Part shown: positions 12,206 through 25,276 of the stretch, one piece after another
Numbering within the stretch: the first letter of the stretch is position 1
Layout: every line of letters starts with the position of its first letter
From: Octopus sinensis
Lineage: Eukaryota
Assembly (NCBI RefSeq): GCF_006345805.1
Contig: NC_043007.1
Coordinates: 4,402,001 to 4,466,000, forward strand
Reading direction: 5' to 3'
Length of the DNA: 64,000 bases
Notes under the pieces: generated by a model
Database searches by the model: none
What the model saw: only the letters and a program-made list of their open reading frames with translations
What the model was told of the DNA's origin: nothing
Translations under genes and position numbers: made by a program

Positions 12206-13319
12206 TCAAAACCTGCTGAGTGGGTCACACATATAATACATAAAGTGCACCACGCATTTAACAACACCATCTGATAGATCACGGATATTACAATTCCTTC
12301 TGATTAAGCAAAACAAAACATTACCCACTGAACCCCTGCCTCTCTACTATGCAACTTTGGACTTCATACAGTGCTGATTGGGTCACTTGAGTATCAGAAG
12401 ATGACAACTATTTCTAATGAGCCTTTCTTGGTAATTGAATCAGTTAATTTCTTAGATGCTCTTTCTGCTGACTACTTTTGTGCATTATTACACATAAAAT
12501 ACTTTTTTACTGAATATTCCAATGATATTCCACTACACCATTTTGTGTACCTGTTGTTTACATTGGACACACAGTACAGAGTTCCAGCCTACTTCCTTTC
12601 TATACACTAAGCATGGCTACTTCTCTGTTGGTAGTAGTGTCCCAAATCATATGCACACATGCAAGCACATGTGCACATACACACATGCACACAAACACAC
12701 TTATACATGGACACATACATACACACATCCACGCAATCACACAGACACATACACGCACACACACTCATGTATATTTGATCTGAGAGTGGACATAAATAGG
12801 CAGGATACAATGAGAATGTTTTAGTTCCTTTATCATTATGTCTTTCCTGTCTGTGCTCCTACTCAGATTAAATATACAAATGTATTATTTGATCATTGAT
12901 AATCTATTAATTAATTGTTTGTGTGTGTGTGTGTGTGAAAGTGAATGAGTGCAGATGGTCAAATCAATAATGTTTTGTAGAATCAACCAATGAGTTGATG
13001 GTTCATATCCTGTTACTTCCACTATGTTTTATTATGTAACCAAGGTAAAGACCTATCAACGTAGCTAATACTAATTAGATATATCTCACCATTGTAAAAT
13101 TGACAAGCAATTTTTTTTGTCTTGCACTGATGATGTCAATTCCTGTTGCTGTGGTTAAGCAATGTTATGGAGTGAGACGAAGCATATTTAACTTATTGAT
13201 ATTACTCATTAGTCAGTTTGTTAGTTCGGTCCTCTTGCTCAAAGAACATCAGGCTTCAAGTGCCAGGTCATAAGCTTCATCGGTCAAGTTCCAGGTCATA
13301 AGCCTCATCTCACAAGATC

Positions 13320-13560
13320 ATCTTCCAGTCCTGCCAACCAGTTCTTCTTCTGATACCCTTTCTTCCTGGGACTGCATGGAGACCGCTAAAAACACTGGTG
13401 TGGAAATCAAGAGGGGCCATCCTGAGGGACACAGCCAAGCCACTTTATCCTCCTACTGGCTACCAACTGACTTAGTGTGTATGAGATCCCTAATCTTCTT
13501 AGCAATGGTGTATCTTGTGCTGCATTTTGTTGGAAGATGTTCAGTTTTGTGTCTATGACC
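13320..13560 (-). mobile_element. Highly decayed RTE-clade LINE C-terminal remnant
   Basis: Minus strand reads VASRRIKWLGCV.. and, after frameshifts, ..RKG.QKKNWLAGLED. This resembles the RTE RRLxWxGHV..RGR..W motif. Confidence 0.45.
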
Positions 13561-13959
13561 TTAGTCAGAGGTCATGACACATGGCCAAAGAGACTGTTAG
13601 TGAAGATAAGGAGGAAAAAGAAAACATCACTCTAATTACTAACTCTCGCCAAGAAAAGTAAGGGAGAATGGCTTTGAAGTTTCAATTAACTGGAATTAAA
13701 TGTTGACCTGCAATGAGTACCTATGCAAGTATGACGACAACTTCAGGTATGTTTTGATTTTGTTAGATTGCTTTAGTAAACTATAGAATTTAGCCATACC
13801 TTTTGGAGCCGAGATGGCTGAGAGATATAAATAGAGTGAATAAATGTGGGTTGGAAGTTGTGGAGTGGGGAATGAAAGAAAGACTTAGTGCTTGTGTGGT
13901 GTACCCACTGTTGTCCTATAAGTTATGGGTCTTACCTTATTTTTATTAATGTATGTATA

Positions 13960-14100
13960 AGAGCAGGCATTGTTGTGTGGTAATGAAGTTTGTCTTGCAG
14001 TCACATTGCTCTGGGGGTCAATCCCACTGCAGGGCACCTTTGGCAAATGTCTTCTTTTGTAGCCTCAGATTGACCTATGTCTTAGGAATGGAACACTGCA
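13960..14100 (+). mobile_element. SINE family A, 5' part
   Basis: Contains gtgtggtaatgaagtttg..cccactgcagggcacctttggcaaatgtcttc. Confidence 0.7.
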
Positions 14101-14110
14101 AGTGTGCAAG

Positions 14111-14143
<33 letters not shown>

Positions 14144-15419
14144 TTCACTGACACATATCAGCAAAATATATTTGATCCTCATTAGGACAAACAAATTAAT
14201 GATTTCAAATAAAAATTCCTTGTGGTTTTCTTTCACCAAAGTTTCACACTCGCTTTTGTAATTCCTGCCATTAAAAGTAATGAACCAGTGTTTGGCTTCT
14301 GGGCCTATAAGAGAGGGGTTCAGTCAAGGACCAGAAATCCATCGGGGATGTTTTCTTAAAAAACACAAAACTACTTAATAATAATAATAATGTTATATGT
14401 AATGGCTAATTGAATACATAATTAATTTAACCAGTTTCAGCAGCAGCAATATAACTAAGATTAGCCATATATTTAATGAAATTGAATCAGTACCATACTC
14501 CTGGTTCTGTGGTGTAATCATTAGCATCATCCTAATAGTATTACCAATAGCTTAGCAAGTCTTCAAGGTCAAACAGTCCAACCATTTCTGAAGAATGGTC
14601 CGAATCTTAGGGAGCCTTTCTCTTCTCTCTATCTTTTTCTCTTCTTTCCTTTCATTACTTTCAACATTTTTTTTCTTCCTTGCAAACACACATCCACAGA
14701 AGCATTCAAATTAAAGCATGCTAGTATGCACAAATACATGATTGCACACAGGCATATATAGACATTCATAATGTACATATATTCACAGCATGTGCACACC
14801 TGCATGCATGCTCATACACATCTAGATTCACAGACACGTTCCTGCAGGTAAGCACACATATTCTCTCATGCCAAAAAATATGACGACATGCACATTGAAA
14901 TATATTTTTTCTGTTAAACTTGGCACCTCAATCTTTTCAGCCTCCGCAAGATGTTGACAAGTGGCAGTGTTATAATCCGTTGTGTAGGTTGAGACAATCA
15001 TAATGCTGAGTCTTAGATTAAAAATAAATGTAAATCTTCAAATTCACACGTTGAAATATGATGAAACGCACATACACATTAACACCAATGCTCTTTATAC
15101 TCCAGCTCTCTACATTCAGAGTTCAGTTTCTATTTCATGTCAATGACCTCAACTCAATAGGAAATATAGACCCACCTAATATGGATGTGTGTGTGTGTGT
15201 GTGTGTATGTGTGTGTGTGTGCTAGTTTGGTTTTTCTATGTCTTCACGTTGATACCATACAAGCAACAGCATGATTGCTTATGTCTCTTGTAAACATGGC
15301 ATTTCGTTGGTTTCATATGAAGACCATTGAGATTAAGATACCTTTCTTGAAAATGGAAAGTACTTGAAGTGCAAGTAAGGGATGGCAACAGGAAGTGCAT
15401 TCAGCTCAGAACATAGCTA

Positions 15420-15620
15420 CAACAATTTCATCCAAACTATGCCATGGGAAAACTCTGGCAACCCCCATTGTCTCAGCGAGTAACTGCCTCCAAGAACTCA
15501 TCTCTGCCTACATCGACACCCTCCTTGCATCTCTGGTTACTCCATTCCCCTCCCACATCCATAATACCAACTATGCTCCCTATCTCTTCAACTCCTTTTC
15601 TATCTAGGGTTTTATCTTGT
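15420..15620 (+). mobile_element. Penelope-like RT remnant
   Basis: TPIVSASNCLQELISAYIDTLLASLV..PSHIHNT matches the PLE RT segment RPIVS..CPTE.IS.YLD..L.PLV..LPS.I.DT. Confidence 0.65.
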
Positions 15621-16238
15621 GCTGACCTTTGTCTTCACACCCACTTTTTATGTATGGGCCCCTATCAACTACTCCTCCCTTGACCCACCTCTATTTTCCT
15701 TTGCCTTTCCCCTAATCGCTGACTGTGCCTCCACCTATGTTTATTGTTCACTGCATTCACCTCAGTATTCATCTCAAACCATCTGTTGGTCTCAATTCAC
15801 ATTCTCTGGAACCTACTCTCCCAGCCATCTTTCATTTCCTGTTGCTATTTCCGGTTCTTTCCTCATCCCCCTTCTCGTACAGTGAGAGTATGCTCTGACA
15901 CCCCATCTTCACCACCCTTTCTCCCTTTCCTGCCAGAGAAGCCATATCTCCTCCCTAGTAAAGCACTTGCTCCTCTCCCTCAATTATACTTGACCCTCTC
16001 TACACCTAGCACAAAAGCCAATTCCTTCAGAACTGCACTCCCGCTCTGTCAAGGTGTCTTGTGTTGCAAGTGACCTCAGCAGTGCTCATGCCACAAAAAA
16101 GGCAGGTGGTAAACTCTGTAAAGCCGTTGGCACTAGGAAGGGCATCCAGGCATAGAAACCAAATCAGAGCGGACTTTGGCTCCTCTCAAACCATCCAACC
16201 CATACTGACATGGAATATGGTCCTTAACTGATGATGGT

Positions 16239-16330
16239 ATAAGTATATTTATATATATACATACACAAATAAGTATATTTATGTATATACATACACAAAT
16301 AAGTATATTTATATATATACATACACAGAT
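16239..16330 (+). repeat. 30-bp tandem repeat x3 (ataagtatatttatatatatacatacacaa)
   Basis: Directly visible. Confidence 0.85.
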
Positions 16331-16366
16331 ATAATAGTTATTTATGTATACGTATATTATATATTA

Positions 16367-16731
16367 GTGGCACTCAATCGGTTGTGACAACGAGGGTTCC
16401 AGTTGATCTGCTCGTGAAATTAATGTTTAAGTGGCTGAGCACTTCACAGACATGTGTACCCTTAACATAGTTCTCAGGGAGATTCAGAGTGACATAGAGT
16501 GTGACAAGGTTTGTCCTTTGAAATACAGGTACAACATAAACAGGAAGAAAGAGTGCAAGAAAGTTGTGATGAAAGAGTACAACAGGGTTTGCCACCACCC
16601 CCTGCCAGAGCCTCATAAAGCTTCAGGTGTTTTTGCTCAATTAACACTCACAATGCCCAGTCTGGGAATCGAAACTGCGATCCTATGACCACAAGTTCAC
16701 TGCCCTAACCACTAGGCCATTGCACCTCCAC
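16367..16731 (-). mobile_element. tRNA(Arg)-like SINE family D head with an alternative tail
   Basis: Reverse complement head ggaggtgcaatggcctagtggttagggcag..gtttcgattcccagac matches 29634-29830. The 3' part differs. Confidence 0.8.
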
Positions 16732-16843
16732 ATATATATATGTGTAATGTATATTATGTTTGTGTGTATGTACATACATAGGTGCATACATAATACATAC
16801 GTGTGTGTGTCTCTGTGTATATGAATATATTTATATAGCAATG

Positions 16844-18080
16844 AACACTGAAAATGTGCAGAGGGCAACCTCTGCCACATTCCAGGGAGAAAAACTAGAA
16901 GTAGTTGATAGCATCCGTTACCTAGGTGACCAAGTCAATAGCAGGGGTGGGTGTGCTGAAAGTGTGACAGCTAGAATAAGAATAGCCTGGGCAAAGTTCA
17001 GAGAGCTCTTACCTCTGCTAGTGACAAAGGGCCTCTCACTCAGGGTAAAAGGTTGACCATATGACACATGTGTACAAAAAGCCATGCTACGTGGCAGTGA
17101 AACATGGGCTGTGACTGCTGAGGACATGCTTAAGCTTGCAAGGAATGAAACCAGTATGATCCGATGGATGTGTAATGTCAGTGTGCATACTCAACAGAGT
17201 GTATGTACCTTGAGAGAAAAGTTGGACCTAAGAAGCATCAGTTGTGATGTGCAAGAGAGACAACTGTGCCGGTATGGTCATGTGGCGAGAATGAATGAGG
17301 ATAGCTGTGTGAAAAAGTGCCACACCCCAGCAGTTGAGGGAACCTGTGGAAGAGGTTGACCCGGGAAGACCTGAGATGAAGTGGTGAAGCACGACCTTCG
17401 AACATTAGGCCTTACCAAGGCAATGACTAGTGACCAAGACTTTTGGAAATGTGCTGTGCTTGAGAAGACCTGACAAGCCAAGTGAGACCATAACCTTGTG
17501 GCCTATGCCAGGGTTGTAACCAGCCCACTTATGTGTACCTTTCCTTCATTGGACACTAAACTCTGCTTGCGAAGACCTGTTGAGGCGAGTGAAATTGAAA
17601 TTGAAATCAAATTCGATGAGTGGCATCCATGCTAGTGGAGTGCTAAGAGCACCATCTGAGTGTGATCGTTGCCAGAGCCGCTAACTGGCTTCCGTGCCAG
17701 TGGCATGTAAAAAGCATCATTCAAGCATGATTGTTACCAGCGTCGCCTTACTGGCACTTGTGCCGGTGGCATGTGAACAAAACATTTGAGCGAGGTCGTT
17801 GCCAGTGCCGCTGGACTGGCTCCTGTGCAGGTGGCATGTAAAAAACACCATTTTAGCATGGCTGTTGCCAGTACCGCCTGACTGGCCTTTGTGCCGGTGA
17901 CATGTAAAAGCACCCACTACACTCTCAGAGTGGTTGGCATTAGGAAGGGCATCCAGCTGTAGAAACTCTGACATATCAGATTGGATCCTGGGGCAGCCAC
18001 ATCGTTCGCCAGTCCTCAGTCAAATCGTCCAACCCATGCCAGCATGAAAAGTGGACATTAAACGATGATGATGATGATGA
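16844..18080 (+). mobile_element. 5'-truncated RTE-clade LINE (RT C-terminal region, 3'UTR, (GAT)n tail)
   Basis: Reads LEVVDSIRYLGD..RIRIAWAKFRELLPLL..MLRGSETW..IRWMC..YGHVARM..GRG. The 3'UTR has repeated gtgccggtggcatgtaaaa units and ends in ttaaacgatgatgatg. Confidence 0.92.
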
Positions 18081-18421
18081 TATATAAGCTGAGTTGGTAG
18101 AATTATTAGCATGTTGGGTAAAATGCATAGTGGCATTTCGTCTGTCTTTATGTTCTGTCGATAAAATAAATATCATTTAACTACTGGGGTTTATTTATAT
18201 GCATGTATGAATGTATGTGCGTGCAGATTTGTATGTTTTATGTATTCTCATTTACAACTGGGCAAATCCATTTACAAGGCTTTGCCCAGTTTGTGGTTAT
18301 CGTAAAATGTCTGCCCAAGGTGCCACATAGAGGGACTGAACCTGAAACCATGTGGTTGGAGAGTGAACTTCTTAAACAGTCAGTCACTCTTCTGCCTTAC
18401 ATGTTTACATATACACACATA

Positions 18422-18497
<76 letters not shown>

Positions 18498-18529
18498 AAT
18501 AGATGTTTATTCAATTATATATACATATA

Positions 18530-18920
18530 TTCTTTTATTCTTTTACTTGTTTCAGTCATTTGGCTGCGGCCATACTGGGGCACCACCTTTAGTTGAACAA
18601 ATTGATTCCAGGACTTATTCTTTGTAAGCCTGGTACATATTCTATCGGTCTCTTTTTCTGAACTGCTAAGTTATGGGGATGTAAACACACCAACATCAGT
18701 TTTCAAGCGATGGGGGGAGGGACAAACACAGACACACATACACACACCCAAATATATATATATATATATATGTACGATGGGCTTCTTTCAGTTACCATCT
18801 ACCAAATCCACTCAAAGGCTTTGGTCATCCCGTGGCTATAGTAGAAAATACTTGCCTTAGGAGCCACGCAGTGGGACTGAACCTGGAACAATGTAGTTGA
18901 GAAGGAAGCTTATCACACAG
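18530..18920 (-). mobile_element. SINE family A (a second head fragment lies at ~18260-18390)
   Basis: Reverse complement is colinear with 47721-48123. Confidence 0.88.
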
Positions 18921-20067
18921 CTATATATATATCTATATATGTATATATATACACACACCACACACACAGGTATGCACACATATCTATGGCTATATATATA
19001 TATATATGATGCATAAAATGTGTGTTTGTGTGTGTGTGTGTGTGTATATATGTATGTGTGTATGTATGTACACAGATATGCATGCATACACACAATATGT
19101 TGCCTCCCGAACATGAGTTATAGTTATGGAAACCTGTGATCATTTACTTTCCCTGACACACATTCATGCACACACATTTACAGGCACTGATGCACACGAC
19201 AGCCTGGTATACTTATCCACCACACTGGGCACTCGTAATTATGCACGTCCCGAGACCAGCAATTCATTGGTAAACACACAATAAAATTACACACACTTAC
19301 ACAAATGAACAAAATTATACACATTACACAAACACATGTATATATATATCCATGGTTAAAAGGACACGTAGCCATTGAGAGATACACTGCCTTTAACATG
19401 CGTATCTTTTGAGCTGTACCTTATCCCCAGCCCCGAGTCTTCCTTACACGCTCGTGCACAAACCTTCACCGGCAATACGCAGTATGTGCATCACCAATAC
19501 GCACAGCTACATCAACCGTTTGCTCCGGTCCATATTTGCCACTGAGCAGAAACACCAACAGCATCACTGCTTCTCTCAACATTAACGCCACCTCCACCAT
19601 CCCACCCATGACCACCACTACTTTTACCATCAATACCAATACTACAACTCACCGCAACCCCCCCCCCACACACACACACACTCCCTGTTGTCATCACCAA
19701 AATACCATTCCTAACTAAACAGTTACCATCAACAACTCAACCATGACAATCACCACCAGTAACAATAACATCACTTCTATCACCCGGATAACAACAACAA
19801 CAACAACTGTAAGCCAACATGGGAGCCTCTACATGGTCCCTCAGTTCACTAGAAACAGCAGCTGGATCTCCCTGAAATCACTCACCTGCCATCATAAATA
19901 GGAAAGAAGAAGAAGAAAAAAAATCATTGGATAATGTAGTCCTAGATACTCATAAAAAGAAGGCGGGGTGGTTATGGTTGGAATGTCTTTGCTTAAAACT
20001 CTGCTCAGTCAGGGCTGACCTAGGGCATATACATACATACAACAGTTCTTCTTTCACCATTTGATAT

Positions 20068-20752
20068 GCCTCCTCCTCCTCCTCCTCCTCCTCCTCCTCC
20101 GGCTCCCCCTCCTGCTCCTGCTCCTGCTCCTCCTCCTACCTTGCAACAGTGCAACAGTACACTGTCCGCCATAATTATGCAGTTCCCTGTCTTCTTCATC
20201 CCTGACTGCAGTTCACATCGCTTCGCTTGCTAACTTGCCTCTGCCAGCATCTCCAATAACAACAGCATCATCAGCATCATCATCATCATTGTCGTCATCA
20301 CTAGCCGCCGCCTCCGTCGCCATCACTGCCGTTGTCATCATCGTCATCATTGGTATCATCATCAGCATAAACAATAACAACAACAACCACAACAACAGCA
20401 GTAACAAGTCAATAGTGGTAGCAGCAGCAGCAGCAGCAGCAGCAGCTGTTACAATGGTACCAATAGCTGTGGTTACTACATCAAAACCTTGTCATCATCA
20501 TCATCATCATCATCACCATCATCATCACCATCATCATCACCATCAGCAGCAGCAGCATCATCATCAGCTACTATAACAACAACAACAAAAATAGCATATG
20601 TACAGTAAATAACAACAACAGCAGCAACAACAGCAGCAACAACTGCAGCGTAAGATCCGAGCCATTAGTAACGACTGCGGCGGCTGCAACAGCCTCGTTA
20701 ATAGAAACAGCAACCGTAACAACAGTGAGAACAACATTTATAGTAATGTCAT

Positions 20753-20783
<31 letters not shown>

Positions 20784-21235
20784 CGCAGCAGCAGCAAAAT
20801 CTACCAGTAACAGCACCAGCAGCAGCAATGACAGCAGTAGAAATGTAAACGGCAATAAGTGCAAGAACATTATTAAGCTGTAATAACAACAAACAAGAGC
20901 AGCAGCAGCAGCAGCACCGGCAGCAACAGCGGTGGCGGCAGCAAGTGTGCCAGTAATATCAACAGCGGCACCGAGAGCCGACAGCAGCAACAGCAGCAGC
21001 GTTAACTGGAGCAACAACAATTACAACTACTACTACTACTACTACTACTACTACCACTACTACAGCATCAACAGCAGCAGCAGCAGCAGCAGTGATAGCA
21101 CTGATAATCGGAACAGCAGCATTACAAGGCAGCGGCGGCAGCAGCAATCACAACAACAACAGCAGCAACAGGCATAGCAACAGCAACGTAGATAGAAAAC
21201 AACAACAACAATAGCAACAACAATTAACAGTAGAC
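20068..21235 (+). repeat. Mixed trinucleotide low-complexity tract (CCT, CAT, CAG, CAA, TAC)
   Basis: Directly visible runs. ORFs here are homopolymeric with no domain. Confidence 0.9.
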
Positions 21236-21269
21236 ATAGTGATTATGATGGTACGATGTTTCCCTATTT

Positions 21270-22649
21270 ACTTCCTCTCTCTCTCTCTCTTTCCCCTGTC
21301 TGTCCGTCTGGCCCTCTCTCTCTCCCTCCCTCTCTCTCTGTTTCATACACTCATTCTGTCACTAAACCATCTCCCACTCATCAGCAGCCAATCTCTCTCT
21401 ATCCTTCACTCACTCTCTCTCTCTCTCTCTCTAACTTTGTTACTTTCCTCATTCTTTCTCTCATCTTCTCCTTCCTCTTCTACACTCTCCTTCTCTCTAT
21501 CACATACCTCTACTTCCTCCAATTTCTTACCTTTACTCCCTCTTCCCATCTCTCTCTCTCATCCTCTTCTGAATTTCTCACTTACATTAACTCATTGCTT
21601 CTTCTATTTTCACTTTCTTAATATCTTTCCTCTTCCTTTCCCTCCAGCTCTCCCTCTCATTCTTCATCTAACTTTCACTTTTTTTCATTTAATTTCACTT
21701 TCTCAATACTGTTTTCTCTTCATCTCTCTCTCTCTCCCTCCTTCCCTCCCTCCCTCCCCTGCTTCTCCTTTTCACTTTGTCATTTTGCAGCTCCATCATT
21801 CTACTTTCACTTTCTCTTCCTATCTATTTTGTATTAACTTTCACTTTGTCTTACTTATCTTTACTTTCACTATCGTTACTCACCTCTCTCTCTCTCTCTT
21901 TTTCTCCTACCTCTTTACTGATGTCTCTTTCTACCCCTCACTACTTACCCTTTCCTCTTTCCCTTATTAACTCTTTCTCACCCTCTCTCTCTATATTCTC
22001 ATCCTTTTTACCCATCCTCTCTCCTGATTTTTTTTCTCATAGCTTTTTCTCTTCTTTATACAAGTTTCACTCTCCTCTCATATCGATTCTCTCTCTCTCT
22101 TTCTCACACACTCTCTCTCTCTCTCTTTCATTCACTAAAAACCATTCTCTTTTTCTCTCACTCATATTCTTTCCACTAGTTTCATTTCTACTCAAATCCT
22201 TTTCCCCTTCTTTCTTTTTGATCATTTTACTTCTTCTCTCTCATTCTTTTCATGTCACTCTATTTCTCTCTCTCTCTCTCTCTCTCTCACATACTTTAAT
22301 ACTCTTTCAGTTATTATCTCCCTTCTCTCTTCTCTCTTTTTTTTTCTCTTTCACATTTTCATCATTTCTGTTTTTCTCGAATCTTTTCCTTCCCATCTTC
22401 CTTTCTTTCTCTTCCCTCTTCTCTCTATCCCCCTCCCCCTACTCTCTTCTTTATTCTGTATTTTATTGATTATCTCCTCCACACTCTCTCAACTTAACTC
22501 TGTCCATTTTTCTTCTCTTTTATTTATTCATGTTGACTTCTACCCTCTCTTTTATATATTTCTTAACATGTCTCTTACTCTTTCCTTTTTACTTCTCATT
22601 TCTCTTCTTTTCCTACACGGAACTATCGAATCTACCCACAATTTACTCA

Positions 22650-22685
<36 letters not shown>

Positions 22686-22925
22686 TTCTCTCTCCTTCTC
22701 TCTCTTTCTCTCTCCTTCTCTCTCTCTCTCTCTCCTTCTCTCTCTCTCTCCATCTTTATTTTGATCTTCATATCCTCATTTCTTTTTAACTAATCTTCCT
22801 TTCTTTACTTTGTCCTCTCTTTATGTATAGATTCCTTTTTTATCATTCAACTTCTTCCTTTCATCCTCACTTTTTCCTCTCACTCTCTCTCTCCCCTCTC
22901 TCCTTCCTCTCCCCCCCCTCTCTCA
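21270..22925 (+). repeat. ~1.65-kb polypyrimidine (CT-rich) tract; further CT tracts at 23690-24125
   Basis: Plus strand is almost free of G and carries many (CT)n runs. Confidence 0.95.
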
Positions 22926-24328
22926 TGTCTATCCGCTTCCCATCTTGTGCTAGCAGACCACTATTGTTCCACATCCCGTCAGTGTTTATTGATCACATCT
23001 GTGTCGATAATAACTGCAGCCTGGGCTGGAACCATTCGGTGCAAATATGAAGTTTACTGGACCACCCCTTCCTCACACAACTCCACCTCATTCTTCTACT
23101 CATCTCTCTCTCTCTCTCTCCCAACGACACACACACTCACTCACAAATATACACATACACATTTTTATATACACCCGCATATCTGTGTGCATGTATGTAT
23201 GCGTGTATATATATCTATATCTATCTATGAATCTATCTATCTATCTATATATATCTATATATATATATATATTTATATATATATAAAACACAAACATATG
23301 CATACACACATACACACAAACACATTTCATTCTTTTTCTCTCTCTCTCCCCCCCCCCCCCCACACACACTGAATTTAGCCAACTGAAATAAACAAACAGG
23401 TCAAACAAGCACCTATTCCTTGAGTTATAACTTACAAATGTCAACTAAAAAGGGAAAAAAATTCATAAAATCATTCCAGTTGAGGGACAGGTCCTCTCTT
23501 TTATGTCGAAGCTCATTTTCCTATTGTTTTACACCTTTATTTGCACCTTTATATTAAACCACCATCATCACCATCACTGCCGCAGAAATCTTAATTGCTT
23601 TTCTTTCGTTATTTCTTCTTTCCATTTTCTCCGTCATTCATTCATCCCCCACCTCTTTACCTCTTATCGTTTAGTTTCACTTCCATCTCTATATTTCTCT
23701 CAAGCATCCCCCTCTCTTTCTCTCCTTCTCTCTCTCTCTCTCTTTCTCTTGGCATCTCATCATTAATTTTCTTTTTTCATCTCTATAATTCATCCCCGTT
23801 ACCCCTACCTACTGCCACCACCATCATTAATAATGACCACCACCTCAGAAACAGCCACCCACATATTTCTTGGATTTCTCTCTCTCTCTCTCCTCTCTCT
23901 CCCTCTCCTTCTCTCCCAGTTTCTCCCTCTCTCTCTCTTTCTCCCTCTTTCCTTCCAGTGGATAGATCTTTCCTTCGATTCTCATTCTTCTCTCCTTGTA
24001 TTCTTCAACTTTTATACTTACCTTCTCTATCTCTCTCACTTTCTCATGCATTTTCTCTCTCTTTCTCCCTCTCTCTATCTCTGTTTTTTCTGTCTGTCCC
24101 TTTCTCTCTCTTTCTCTCTCTCTCCACACACACACACACACACACCACCTAAACCCTTTCAAACTCTTCGTCCCTGTCACCAACATCACCACCCGTCCTG
24201 TTTCCCACATAACCCTATCTGTTCCCTTCACAGGGTATCCTAAGTTCACAGAAAACAGATCTTCTGATGTCTCTCTCCAGACACACACACGCACATAATC
24301 TCTCTCTCTCTCTCTCTATCTGTATGTA

Positions 24329-24359
<31 letters not shown>

Positions 24360-24390
24360 CTACATGCACACACCCATATACACATATATT

Positions 24391-24445
<55 letters not shown>

Positions 24446-25000
24446 ACATACATATAGACACACACACACACATATATATATGTATTTGTATGTATTTGTA
24501 TATGCGTGTATCTCTCCAAATGTGTATATATGGAGATAGCTTGATAGACAGATGTATGCATTCGCATTTATCATTTCATCTTTTGCTCTTATTTCTTTCC
24601 TCTCTTTCATCCTTTCCGTCTTCATCTCATAAATGCCACACTTGCACACACACACACGCGCATACGCAAGCCAACACATGTCCCATCATTCCGTTCTTAT
24701 ATGCTGTTTACTGTTTTGTCCGAGACAAATATAAATTGCAATGGTTCCTTGTTTCTTTACTGCTTCGTTGTGCTATTTTATCTTTGGGCAGCTTTCAAGA
24801 TTTTGGGGGAAAAAATTGCCAAGAATTATGTTCTTTATGCAATTATCACTAATCATTGTCATCATCATCATCATCATCGTTCTCTTTAGTGTCATCATTT
24901 TCAATAGCATTTTCATTCATTTTAGTCACAATCATCGTTACCAACATGATTTCATGATGAACCCTTCCCCTCCTCCTCCTCCTCCTCCTCCTCCTCCTCC

Positions 25001-25033
<33 letters not shown>

Positions 25034-25276
25034 CCACCACCTCCTCTTCATTTGAAGTGTTGGACCGAACGATATGTGTTTAGATGAGGGAGTTTTCGCA
25101 ATCCTCATTTCAAATCATGTCAGGAGTGTATTTTTTAAATTTTTATTGAATTGAGAGACGGATGAAATAATTTGCTTCAAAATATTTGTAGAGATTTCAA
25201 CTTTGATTAAGTTTCCTCTTTACAAAAATGGAATTATTATTATTTTCATCATCATCATCATCATCATTATTATTAC

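Noticed and set aside
20235-21177. Poly-Ala/His/Gln/Ser ORFs resembling a transcription-factor low-complexity region
   Set aside because: Frames are short, interrupted by stops, open on both strands because of the triplet repeats, and have no domain or credible splice structure.
21239-24298. Long Leu/Ser/Phe-rich ORFs (243, 230 and 185 aa) that look like membrane proteins
   Set aside because: Artefact of CT-rich DNA lacking stop codons.
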